Assembly (NCBI RefSeq): GCF_018977255.1
Contig: NW_024704742.1
Span: 47,618,001-47,682,000, forward strand
From: Callorhinchus milii
Lineage: Eukaryota
Direction: 5' to 3'
DNA: 64,000 bases
The notes beneath the pieces were generated by a model. That model was not told the DNA's origin, ran no database searches, and saw nothing but the letters and a program-made list of their open reading frames with translations. Of the stretch, positions 13,470 through 27,300 are shown in pieces (positions within the stretch are counted from its first letter, which is position 1; every line of letters begins with the position of its first letter). A program made the position numbers and the translations under genes.

Positions 13470-13870
13470 AGAAATGTGTTAGAATAGAAGAAGGGAAGGG
13501 AGGTAGGAGAGGAACAAGTGTGAGTGAGTTTGAAAGTGAGTGTTAAGAGTGAACTAAAGAGAAGAAAGAGTGGTGCCTTAAAGGATGATACAGGGAAAAG
13601 ACAAAGGTATAAAGGGCATGAGCAACTAAGTGGTGAAGCGGGAAGAATGAGTGTGAGGGAAGAGTCAGATGGGAAAGAGAAAGCGAGTATGAGAGAGTGT
13701 GAAAAAGACAGAGAGGGAACAAGTCACATAGAAAGAATGGGAAGAGATAATGTACGGTGATGGGTATAAAAACAGAGTGAGATGCACAGACACAACAAGC
13801 TTGCAGAGAAACAGGATAGATATAGAGTGAGTGGCAAAGATGAGAATTAAGGGATAGAAAAGTAGAAACA
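13470..13870 (+). repeat. Purine-rich (GA) low-complexity tract
   Basis: Strong A/G strand bias over about 400 bp. Confidence 0.7.
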
Positions 13871-14931
13871 CATGTTGGCAAATTGAAGAGTCCAATTCGC
13901 AAACTATAGTTACATGCTACTAACAGCTCCCTCCTACTAACCTTTGTTCATCGATAAACCTTATTCTCTAACTGGGATCGCCCACTTTACTAGTTAATTA
14001 GTGAATAAAAATTCATAACATTTCTGCCACATGGATCCGGTATTATTGATTTACTAACTCGTTTTTGAAAGTAATTAGCTAACCAACGTAAAAGCCAATC
14101 GAAGACTACAGAATAGCATTTCAGACAACTGAAAAGTTGAAACTAACCACATATCTCTAAGAGCTTTATTTTTAATCTACATTAACAAACACAGCAAGGG
14201 AAGTTTTTCAGTCTCCTTGAGAAATGCAAAGCACTCTGTATACTGCAATGTTCCTTACTTTGCATACTATTAATTTTTGTATTGCTGAACAATCCGTTGC
14301 AATTTTCTGTAAAATATTTTGAGTATTTAATAAAGTATTTCATGTTGCAAGCAAAGACCTATTGTGTTAATTTTGCTATGAGCATGAGAAGGGACTGCTA
14401 TTGCAGTAGGCTGTGAAAGAAGTTGAGCATTTCTAGGGTTAATGTGATAAACCGAAGAGAATGCAAAAGGAAGAGGTTGTGATAGGTTCCTGCACTCAAG
14501 TTGCTCTTTCTGTCATTTGTGGTTCAGAAGGAGAGGGCTGGTGGTGTTCAGCTTTGAAAAAGGGTTTAATGAATGCTGGCAGTGATTTTGAAAGCAGCTG
14601 TGGTCGGAGTGTAGAGGGCAATGCAAAGTGCGTTGAGGCATTGACTGTTGTAGTTTAAGCTGATTAAGAGTTGTGCTTGATTGAGGACACAGCCTCTTCC
14701 CTGTCTCTTCATCACATTATTCTCATCATCCTTGTCATTAGTTGATGTTCTGATAGCGAAGATTTAAGAGGATTTTATTTCCATGTGAAAGCAGTCTTGT
14801 TTCAGTCAGCCAGAAGCAGCAGTCTAAGAGGACATCTATATAGACTTGGGTGTACTACATAGAGCGCTGCCTTGTAGTGCAGCACAGCTTGCTTGCTCTG
14901 TTGCCTTGACAATTGCTTAGGTGAACAGAGA

Positions 14932-15313
14932 ATGTCTGTTTCTCGTAAGGAGTTTGATGTGAAGCAAATTTTACGCATTCGGTGGCGCTGGTTCGGTCAC
15001 CCTCCATCTCCACCTGCCACGTCCAGCGAAAGTCGACGGGGGGATTTTTGGGACCAAGGGCAGAGTGCCTCAAATACTGAGAGGAAGTTCTTAGATCCTG
15101 GGAACCTCCCTCTACCACTAGCATCTCTCAGCTACCGGAGATCCAGCCGACAGGAAGTCCCAAATTCACCACTTGGCAAACTTCCCATGACCCAGATCTT
15201 CCCTCATTTGAGTTTACGGATGAAAACTGTGAGGGTGCACATTGCCATGACAAACATGAAGCCGAGGATGAAGGGAGTGAAGAAGAGAATGACACAGACA
15301 GCAGTTTCTGCAG
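14932..15313 (+). CDS. KLHL5: KLHL5 coding exon 1 (N-terminal region), with an apparent 1-nt deletion at about 15169-15171
   Basis: Frame 1 reads [23 protein letters not shown]...[22 protein letters not shown]. Homology then continues in the -1 frame from 15171: [47 protein letters not shown](R). Donor AG|GTTAGG at 15313|15314. Confidence 0.9.
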
Positions 15314-18300
15314 GTTAGGTTATAGAATTTCAAATGGGACAACATCAATAATGCTATTGATGTCCATTATTTTCCTTGGTATTCTGATAATGATTTTACT
15401 GTAGCATATTTTCAACAAACGTTTTCAACATTAAGATTATTTTATTCTGTTAACTTCTATCGTATTAAATGATTTAAATAATTTAAGGTAAGTACATGAA
15501 CTTTTTATATCCTGTAAATAAAATGAGATAGTCAGACGATCAATAAAATTTGACTTATAAATGTACAATGATTGATTGTGAAATCTATAGTATATAGAAT
15601 AGTGATTGTTTATTACCTGAAACACTAAAAGGTCAAAAGCATAAGGTAGTTCGTTAGTAATACCTTTGCTGCATTAATATCTTAATATGCAATGTGCTGT
15701 CATACTACATTTCTGCTATATTGTCCCCCTTCATGCAGCACAGAATACATTTACACATTGGTGAATTGAAAGACATGATTGTCTAAATGTTGTCCAGAAA
15801 TATTGTATATTTTACCAAAAACATTTTTAAAAATTGCAACTACCGGTGCCAACAGTTGTCAGGAAACAGTGTCTTGTTAGTGTACTATTCTTGCAGTTGT
15901 CTGAGATCTTACTGCTACATTGAGATCAAAAGAGGTTGAGATGGGTATATAGTACAGTCATTTCTGTCATTATGCTACATATTGCCTCTTGTATTCCAGT
16001 TGTCATATATAATCTCATATTTTGCAATGATTTTAAAAATGTAGCATATACATATAAAAATAATACTGGGATTTCAAATGGTATTTAAAAGGAGCCGTAA
16101 TACCAGCAGACATACTGATTACTTTTATTTTAACATCATTCTTAAGATAATAGCAAAAATATTGTTAAAAAACATTTTCTATTTGAAATTTTGTTATCTG
16201 CTGTAATTTTGATTTTTCTGCCGTTAAATGTTTATCAGGTTGTAGCATATAGTAGCCAGTTGGGAGTGAAACCAGGAAGCATTTTTTCACACAAAGGGTT
16301 GTGGAAATTTAGAATTCTCTCCCCCAAAAGCTGTGGATGCTCAAATCAATTGAAATGTTCAAGTTGAGTAAGGGTATCAAAGGATGTGATAGGTAAGGGT
16401 ATCAAATGAAATGGAGAAGGGCAGGTAAATTGAGTTAATGTACAGGTCAGCCAAGATCTAATAGATTGGTGGAACAGTCTTGAGGGGCTGAATGGTCTAC
16501 TCCTGTTCCTATGTTCCTAATACAAATATATTGTGTATCTTTTGAATGAAAACAATTTTGAGGAAATTATTATGGTTGATTTAAAAAAAAATCTTTGGTT
16601 GTAATCAGCTCGGTGCATGTAAAACTGTGTTGGAATTTTCATTTGGGTTGTATTGTCACTTGGTAGAATGATAGTTTTCATAGTGATAAGGGTACTTGTC
16701 TTCCCTAAAAGGGAGGATGATGATGAGTAATTTTGCTGTTTTAAAGAGGAAAAGATCTTATAAATGGACCATATAATTATCATGAGCCAGTCTCATTCAT
16801 GTGGAAACAACACATTAATTTTTTTATGACAGACATTTTTACCACACACATGAATATGTTAATAAACCATTTTATAAAAACTGTAATGTTATTTTAATAG
16901 TTACTGGAATATAATTTCAATAACCTTAGAATAGTTTCACTATGCATGGAAGCATTCCTTACTTGAAATTAAATGTTTCATATTTCATGCCTAAAACCAT
17001 TTTAAACCATTAATAAATCCTGTAATATTGATATTGAAGCAGTATGAAAGAGAATATTTGGTAAAATATTTTGAAACTGGCATAGAAAATATCACAGCAA
17101 AATTATTGTAGCACAGCATTGTGTGACAAATCTATTTATGTTAATCTTTTTAAAAAAACGTAGTCTTGTGCTTTGTTTACTGTAACCTGTAAATATTTAG
17201 CAATTCCATCCAGATATATTATCATCCCAGAAAGTTGATGGCAGAATATTATTCAATTTATTTAATGTCAGAATTGATTTAGTTGGTGAGTAAGTCACAC
17301 AGTAAAAAAAATTAAAATAAATCAGTTACAATTTAAAGCTACAAATAAAAAGCTGTTACGACAGAGTGAATCATTGTTATATCCTCAGTTTCAGGCACTA
17401 CTAATCGGTGCCCATTTAATCATTTAGTAAAACAGTTTGACTCGCACTTTTATAGAACCAATATAATATAATATATTCAGCAACTTAATTGTAATTTAGG
17501 TTCCATCTGCTTGTTTTAGTGTTTTTTTAATAAGTTTTTCCTCTCTTGGTCTAATCCATTTTTGATATCCTCTTGAATGAAGTGATATCTCTGTGACGTG
17601 TGGTGGCATGTATTTTGTATTTATCAATACAGCATATTTATAAATACAAAATACATGCCACACACGTAACACAGATATCACTTCATTCAACAGAGCGTAG
17701 AGTCAAATTATGTAGGAACAAATTGTGGAGTATAAATGAGCATGCACAATATTTGTGTGTGTGCACTTTAGTTATGATAAATTTATTGAGTCAGTTATAC
17801 AAAATGCCAAAGGGCAAATCAGACATGAGTGGGTGAGGAAGCTGCAGGAGGAAGGGGGTAATTGAAGCATGTGTGCCTTTTAGCTTGCTTCCTAGTTTTA
17901 ATAAATCCACTCCATAATGTAAGGGTGACTCCTCCTTGAAACAGGAGATAGAAAATGTCAACACTGAGCCCAGATTAGAAACAGAGTATAAACATAAAAA
18001 TGGTAATAGACAGGATCATCTTCATGCTGTTGTTCCCTTTCTGAAATAACTTTTTTAATCAGATAGCTAAACCAGATCTTCATGGATTGAAATCAACTCT
18101 TTAGCTAACAAAATGTTTCCTGTTTTGCAGTTCTTAGGTAGTGCTTAAACTGTTATGTATCAGTGTTTTGGTTCACCTGATGATTTGAAGGTAAAATATT
18201 TGAGGGAAACCGTTGCATATTCAAATAAATTTGCTATATTGTACACTTGCTATTATTACTTAACATACTGAAACTGTGAATTTTGATTGATTACAGCTAA

Positions 18301-21300
18301 AACTGTTACTGTATCATTGCTTAAGCTATATTATGCATTGTCTATCACTTCTCTAATTCTCTAAGATATTCAAAGTCTCTTACGATTATTATCTTAACAA
18401 TTTAGATAGATTTTGCTGAATTTTGGAAATTCCATTCATCTTAAGTTGAAAGCCAATTTTCTTTGCTTATTTTGGGTATTGTGGTAAATTGGCTTGTAAA
18501 TTAAATTTGAATTTAAGCATTTTCCTAAAATTCCACATTGGGGATGCAGGAAAGAGCAAGACCAAGTTGTCTTGAGTTTATAAGCTCATGTGGTTCCTCT
18601 TGTTATTTCATTCCTAATTAGCAAATGGATTATTTAATGGATACTGGATGCCACTCTAGGACAGTTACGGGTTAGTATAAGTGCACAGCCCAATTTATAG
18701 TTGAGGTTCAGACTATTGACTGAATTCTCCTAATAAAGCAGTACTGTTACTGGAGCTCTATATTTTACATGCCATAATTTGTTTGAAGTACCGGTTTGTT
18801 GAGAAAACAATGGACTTCCTTTGATGGACTTCTTAATGTTATTAAAACTTACTCTATGTGGCAATAGGGGAATGTACATGTAGGGTAGAAGAGACAGAAA
18901 AAAATGAAACAATGTCATCATTACAATACAAATTTATATTTATATAGCGCCATTCATGTTGGGAGCACATCCCAAGGCACTTGACAGTCCTGGCTTGGCA
19001 CCCGAGCTAGAAGAAGAAATCATATTTTATTGCTATTATGAGCTGCTGGGAATCTACCAAATCATTTTTCAACTTGTCTCAAAGCCATTCATCTGTCGTA
19101 AGCTGTCACAGAGTTGGTCCATTATCAATCCTGGGTATAAATCAGCAGACACCAAGACCTGAAAATATGGCATTTGTACTGATCATCAATATGATTACAA
19201 CTCGAACAATAAAAAATGCTGATTACAATTTGAACAATAAATTTAGTTTTTTAACGAATGCTTATCCAAGTCTATATATGCAGTGCCAATGGATAATGTA
19301 CAATCTTTTTAGTGCACAGTATACGACTGCTCAGCGGATCAATTGTATGTGTAAACCATATGTAAACTTGCACCTGAATTAATGCAGCACATCCCCAGCA
19401 CTGTGTGTATCCACCTCTCATAGCATTCTCATCTCAAAATATTGTAGATTCAAGCCCCATCTCAGAACTTGGAACATGTAATAGTGTATGCTGATACTTC
19501 AGTGCATTACTAGAAATAAGCTGCATTGTTAGGAGTCCTATCCTTCGGATGAGACGTTAAACTGAGGTCCTTTCAGATGGATGTTAAAAACCCCATGGCA
19601 CTATTCAAGAAGGGAGGGGCGGGTACTCTCGGTATCCTGGCAAATAATCCCTCGATAAAACTGATCAATCACTTATAGCTGTTTGTAGGTCCTTCCTGTG
19701 CACAAATTGGCTCCCATGTTTGCCCATACACTCCACTTTGCAGTATGTCCAGCTTTGAGACATCTTCCCGATATGAAAGGTGCTATTATAATGTTGAAAA
19801 AAATGTTATGATCTATGTACCTGTAATTTAGTAACAGTGGTCTGTATTGGCCACCAACTACAATCATTCACTTCAAAATTTGGAATGAAAACTAGTTTTG
19901 TTATGATCTTACATTTATGCAATTTACAAAAGGTGCTCTGCTGTTATACCACCCACGACACCTATGCCTCAAGTGAGGGGAGGGGAGTGACTGAAGCTTC
20001 ATGTGCATTTATACTGCTCTTACACTAAGTGTAAATGGGATGACATTCTTGGTTCTCGATCTGTTCAAACACATTTAGTTGCATATCCTATTTCCTCTGA
20101 GTACAGGAGATCCGACTTTATAATCAACAATCAGCAAGTCAGAATGTAGATCTGATGGCTTTCTGCACCTGCCTATAGACTCAGGGAGGGTTGCTCTTCC
20201 TGTGAGCAATCAAATGATTGCCGTCCAGGTAGTTGGTTGGAGTGGAAATATTTCATTTGTGGGTAATAGAAAGTGGCATTCTGGTTGCACTGGAATTGGT
20301 TTGAAGGGCTCTGAAGGATTTAATTACTCCATTGTCAACAAGCTGGAAGAGAACTCTCTGAATTTATTTTCTGTTGCAAATGTTTGTGGTTTGATTGGAT
20401 GTGTCATAAATCTTTCCTATTTGTTTTATTGAATATTGCCAAGTATGGCTCATTTTCATTCATTTTTTAAGGTATGAAATACTTCTGTGAGACTTTGCAA
20501 ATTAAAGTATGATGTTGGATCTAGCCATGTTAGTGTGTAAGATGCCAATCGCCAACTTGGCAATGTTTGATGTGTTTATAATGGGGAAATTCCACTCTAA
20601 AAGATGCAACAACAAATGTAATGCTAGTGATTGGCACGTTTAATTTCTGCTTGTGGATTATGATATTGTGCTTGTTCCAATTTGTTCATTTTTTGAGTTT
20701 TAAGTTTCTGTTTTGAAAAGTGAAGATCTGTGTGTGATGCATGTTGGTAGCATATGGAGTCAGATATATCTGTCAAATCTGAGGCTGCTGTTTCTAATCC
20801 CACCTTCTGAAATGAACAAATTGACTTATCTGGGATTACTGTGTGCGGCTGTTGATGAGGTCTATTAGCTGACTGTCCCTCGGTGATTGAACTCAAGATT
20901 CTCAATTTCAAAGAAAGTACTCACCATTCTTAAACTATCCTTTTTTCAATCTACGACTGTTTGTGGGACACTGCTGTGCGCAATTGGCTGCCGCGTTCGC
21001 CCACAAATATACAGTCAATTCACTTTACAGTGTGTTCTGTGAAGCGCTTTGGGACGTCCTCCCGACGTGAAAAGCGCTATATCAAATGCAAGGATTATTA
21101 TTATTATATTATCCTGTCTATCCAGTCTTCTCTAGTCTTGTGACCTCTCAGCTCCTGTTTCCGTCTCGCTGTTGCACCACTGGAGACCAAGCCTTCAGAC
21201 TCCCATCTCTTCTGAAAATCTCTCCCCAAATCCTTGCCTCTGCATTCAAAAAAAATCTAAGACCCATCCCATTGATTGTGACTTGAGGCAGCTCTACATT

Positions 21301-24300
21301 CAACCCATTTCTTACTTTGTGTTCATCAGCTGTCATTTTTTAAGAACCTTGAGAAGTTCTTTTAAACATATGGCACGATATAAAAGCAAATTGTTGGATG
21401 GTTGGAGCTGCTAAAGATAAATCAATTTTGAAGTTAAAAATAGATTTGATAGAAGGTACACACACACTCTGAGACACAGAGAGAGACACACATACGCACA
21501 GAGAGACACACTCACATAGAAACACTCACAAACACATAGAGGAGAGGGAGACAGACATATTCACACAGACACTCACAAACATAGAGAGACGCACACACAG
21601 AAACTCATAAACGCATATAATCCTTGCATTTGATTTTGTACTTTTCACGTCTTCTATACATCTCAAAGCCCTTCACAGAATATACTGTAAAGTGAATTGA
21701 CTCTGTATTTGTGGGTGAAACGCGGCAGCCACACAGCACACAGCGGTGTTCCACAAGCAGTCGTGGATTGAGTGACCAAATTATTATTATTTTTTTTGAA
21801 GGATTACTATCCCCGGAAAAGCGATCCGCCAATCGACTAACGATCGGGTTCCTATTTACTGCTAGGTAAACAGAGGCACGTGGAGTAACGTTTCTCCCTG
21901 CCGGGAATCAACCCTTGCAAGGCGACTGCTCTAACCACTGAGCTACAGGAACCATACACTCATACACAGACATAGACACAGACAATCCTACACACACACA
22001 AACACTCAGTCAATCACAACAGCGGGGCCTCCGAGTGAAGCCCATTTGCTGCTTGCGCCGCACCACACATCGTGACGTCAGGTAAACAGCCGGGAGGCCC
22101 GCGGGCCAGAAACTACACTTATATTGGGTTTGTAGCGGATTCCGCGGAAAATGGGCGGCTGCACTTTTCGATTGGACCAGTTTATTAATCCTTTATTAAT
22201 CACAGTTAATCCTGTCAGATATTGGTGGACAAGGCAATGGGGAGTGTGTTTGTTTATATGTGAATGGAGTACCTTATAGAATTGAGGGCTGTTCTGAAAA
22301 TCCCCAGTGCTATGCGTCAGGGCACAGCTGTAGACTTTTCTTGGCCAATGACTGAATAGAATGTAGAAATCTGAGCAGAATGTATTTCAAGTTCCTATTG
22401 TTTTCTTAACATTTGCCAAATGTAGATTAGTTTGAATGGAAATCACTTTACTGCGGCCCGTTTTCTTGCCCACTGATTTGATCTCCAATTGTTATGTTTC
22501 CATATCCATTCCAGTTTTTAATGTTCTCTCCCCAAGCAAACATTATGTCCTGGTTCCAGGCATATTTTGGAATTAATCCAGGTGATAAGACTTTTATTTT
22601 GTCACACTCCAGTCTGCAGTCTCCACCAAGGACATCTCTATAATAACTTGCCAGGGATCAGGAGTCTTCTGTGCAATCCTGTATCTACCACAGTAACACC
22701 AATATGCTGCATACTTTATCTCTATGGAATTCTAGTTCATTTCTAAGGTTGGAAAAGGTTTTCCACATATTCATGTTAAATAAGTCCTCTTTTATCAGAC
22801 GTTTGCCACTTTGTCAATTTTACAGCTATGAATATTATCTCAAAATATTTACGTTGATGAGCCCTATGCAAGCTGTACTGCACATGCTGCATGGACATTG
22901 AATAGTACACTAAAACGTCAGTTAAGAAGAAAAGATTTGAAAGTATTGTATTTTACCTTTTTGTTTCAATGTAGGGATAACCCCTGACAGCTGTATGCAT
23001 CACACATAATTGCTAAATAGATTGTGGATTGTCATGCTGATATGAAAGGTATTACAGGAGGTGAAAGGTGCTGCAGTATTATGGTATTTCTCAGTAGTTT
23101 CGGGGGTATTTGCTTCAGGGAGCGATATTCTTCGGGCTGGTAGTATTCTGGCCAACAATCCCCCAAATAAAATTGGTCACCCACTCCATGGCTGTTTGTG
23201 GGACATTGCTGTGTGCAACTGGCTGCTACATTTCACCCACAAAATACATCGTCAATCCACTTTACAGGATATCCTTTGAAACATTTGAGACGTCTCAACG
23301 TCGTGATAAGGCGCTATATCAAATGCAAGGATTATTATTATTAATACAATAAGTATAGTTGTTCTACTGTGTAACAAAAACACAATTAAAATTTTAATCC
23401 AAGCTTTCTGATTCTATATCTGTAATCAAATTTTGAATGGTAGTGATATTAATTGTATAGTTTCTTTATAGCAGGGCTTCAAACAGCAGTCAGACTCTGT
23501 CCTCATGCCACACCATGGATACCTCTGCCCCCGAGGAATGTTTTCAGGCACTCAACCATGCTGAACAAACCTTCAAGAAGATGGAGAACTATCTTCGGCA
23601 TAAGCAGCTTTGTGATGTTGTGTTGCTGGCAGGTGACCGGAGGATCCCAGCTCACAGGTGAAGAGAAAGTGTGCCCACACATTTGTTCTGTAATTTAAAC
23701 CCTAATCCTGTCAGTCTGTCAGTCAGCTATTATTGGACTGTGATCAATAGAATATACCTAATATCTTAATGCTCTTTTCGGTGTTATTGTAATCAATGGT
23801 TCATTACAGAACATTAAACATTTGTTTAGGACATATAGGAATATTGTAAATATTTTACAATAAAGATTCTTATTGTAGATATTCAAAATGTCTCGCTGTT
23901 TTCTAGACTTTCCGATGTTTTGGCACTGCAAAGCCATTTAAACAATGCTGTATTTCATGACAGATACAATCTCTTGTATATATGCCAATCTAAAAAATAT
24001 TCTATATTTATGTAGATTTCCAGTTTTCTTGCCATTGTTGAAAAACATATTTTACTTTTAAAGAAATCCCTCTTAATATAAATGAGGTGTGCATGCGCTT
24101 ATTTGATTTTTTCACAAAAGAAGTTTAAACATCAGGTTCCTTTTTCCATGTTTTGCATGCTCCTCAGCCCATAAAGGTTTAATATTGTAAACTGTAGTAC
24201 TCTCAGCACAATTCCCAAGATGAAAGATGGTGCAGTAGCGTAGGTGGACCTGAGTATAGAGTATAAAAGCCTAACAGAAGTTGTTTCTTCTATTTCCAGG

Positions 24301-27300
24301 TTGGTTCTCTCTTCGGTTTCAGACTATTTTGCTGCAATGTTCACAAATGATGTAAGGGAGGCTAAACAAGAAGAAATAAAGATGGAAGGTGTTGATCCAA
24401 ATGCATTATGGGCATTAGTGCAATATTCTTACACAGGTAAATATGAAATAATTGACGCTAAGTAGTACAAATGTCTATCCCTGAAATCGTCTCGAAATCT
24501 TTGTGGAAGAATTTACAAATTAGAGGATATTTTTAGTAAATTGTTTGTTACGTTACTGATTTAGCTTGCTTCAAGTATCACATTTGTGCAGTGGAGGTAA
24601 TCATTTTTATATTGTGTTCTAGCAAAGGAGATGTTGAACGAGTTACACTTTTCTCTGGTGAGTTCTGGTAAACCTTTAGACTTTACAGTGCACCCCAGAG
24701 AAAGCACTATGGAGGAACACCGTAGCATATAGTAGATGAAGTGCCTTCCTGATGGTTATTGGCATACAGTGTGGAATATGATTTCTGAGTGGTGCATTTT
24801 CAGTGATGATCTTGTTATTCGTTGGCACTTCCCTCCAACATGATACTCGCCTCAGGGTTAGATTCAGTCGACTTTGATAAAGATGACTCCTAAGTGGAAT
24901 CAAGGACATCATTCAGTTAATACCCTTGGACTATACAATGCAGTGAAAGACCTCAGAGAAGCACAGAATAATTATGCAGTACAAGTGCAGCAGAGAAATA
25001 GGATGTTCATTTTTCTATGTACTTTCCAAAATGTTAGTAAGACAGACTTTATGAACACTATTTTCACACCAATATTGAATCACTGTTAAATAAAGTTATT
25101 ACTAATCTGAAGTGGTGACATCGCCTTCTCCAAGAGAATTAAAGGTTTGCAACCGGGTCTTACCAACTAAGTCTTGTTTTGGCTTTCTTATTTAACTACT
25201 GTTCTGTTGACTGTTTATTGCATATTTTTACTTTTCATATCATTAGTGCATTTGCAATATTAATGTCAAAAAGGCAAAAATATCTAAAATTGTTCTTTTT
25301 GCAGTTTTACAAACTCGCACATTATGAGCCAAAGCTTTTCTGTTTTGTGAACTGATTTTATACCTAAAGATTTTGTATTAAAAATATTTTTTTCAATGAA
25401 TTAGATATTAAACAGAATATACAGTTGATCTTGTGACAAATCTGTTTTTTCTTTACATTTTGGCTCTGCACCCACGTATGTCCTTTGTTATTGCAATTGT
25501 ACGATATAACCATCATTAATATCATTTTTAAGTATCTAGTTTTTGACAGAAACATTCCCACCACCCTAAATAACTATGCTTAAAAAAGGGCTTCTTTTAA
25601 TGTCTAAGTATAAATTATATAAACTTAACCGTGGAATGAAGGGCATTTGGCTCTTCATGCCTGTGGGGTGTTAGAACCCCACTAGAGCTCTCTGCCTGTG
25701 TGTACATATGTGTATAAAAAAAAGGTAGAATCTGAATATAAGATTTTGTTAGGTGAAAGAAAACCAGCAGTTGCTTGACATGTCATGTCCCAAACTATAT
25801 ACTGTAACTAAGATATTATTTTCTAACAGAAATCCATCAAATTTGTTCTTGAAAGAAACAACACTATCTGCTTCCACCGTCTCCCTAGGGAGCTTGTTCC
25901 ATTCCATATTCTGAATATTAATGGCTTCAAAAAATGACATTGTTTTTAAGGCATATCACTCTATTGTGTTTTTTAAAATTAATTAGAAGAAATTATACTA
26001 AAAAACTTGTTCTTAGTATTATTGATGAAGCTGGCTCGGAATCTACTGGGCATTTTTTGGAAATGAAATCTGACTTAAGATGGAATATCAATTTTATTAA
26101 ACTTAAATTTCAAATTGACAAAAGGATAGTACCTTTGACCTTGAATAGTTCTTCAAATTTACCATCCATTCCATATACATTTCGTATAGCAAGAAAGGTG
26201 GCGGTAATTGCCTAATCGGCAAAGGCTGGTTATCTCTGGCTGAAGCAGTGTTGCTATTTATGCTCTGGAACTGCAATTCTTCTCATTAATACCTTAACTC
26301 TTAAGACTCCACTAAAGGCTTTTTCTGTTGAATGAGCTGGGAAGCTAGAAAATCCTATGCTGGGGCAATAGAAATATACCAGCTTGTTTTAGATATCAGC
26401 AATCAAATGCAACAAAGAAATAGATCTTTTTGGATTTTCATACCTAAACTGTAGGATCTTCACTATCAAGTTAAATAGTTTCTATTCTATTAGCTAAAAC
26501 AAATGAAATCTATATTGGTTGAAAGATTTGGCTCCAAAACCGGGATGAAACAATTCTATGTTCTGTTTTGCTCCAATGTAGAATCTGAAGTATAATCTGC
26601 ACTGTAAAGTATGTATTTTCTACAGACATAGTTCCCGGCACGGCGAAACCTTGGGCAAGTTTCCTTACTCCACACGCCTGATAATAATCCCTTAAGAAAA
26701 ACAACAATAATAAATTGGTCACTTCAATCCACAACTGTTTGTGGGACACTGCTGTGCGCAATTGGCTGCTGCGTTTCACCCACAAATATACGGTCAATTC
26801 ACTTTACAGTCTATTCTGTGAAGCATTTTGAGATGTCTAGAAGACGTGAAAAGCGCTATATCAAATGCAAGGATTATTATTATAGTTTTTCTATAAAATA
26901 TACAAATTATGTTTTTAATGCCTTCTCCTGAATGAATCAATAATACGTATGCAGCATTCATGAATTCTGAAGCCATGCAGCATAATCTGAAGTGGTGGCT
27001 GGAACGATTTCCCATTCTCCAATTTTATATGATTTTCTTCTCTGTGGAATTTATTATCCACTCTGTGTAAACCATGTGTAAACTCAGATGTATTATATGC
27101 TATGTGTAAACGTGTCTGCTCAAAGGGATTTACATAATTTAATTATGTACATAATAAATGAAAATGATTGGTTGTTAATATAATTAAAAACTGGCATGAT
27201 AGCTTTGACATAATTAGACACTTGTTATGTTTGTGCAGAAGTGTTTACATATGATACATAATGTAATTTACTTTATTTACACATGGTTTACACAAGGTGA

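Noticed and set aside
13524..13902. Overlapping ORFs of 76-119 aa
   Set aside because: They arise from the GA-rich low-complexity tract and show no recognisable homology.
24660..24960. Possible intronic C/D snoRNA (GTGATGA and CTGA motifs)
   Set aside because: The boxes are not in the right order and spacing, and there is no terminal stem.
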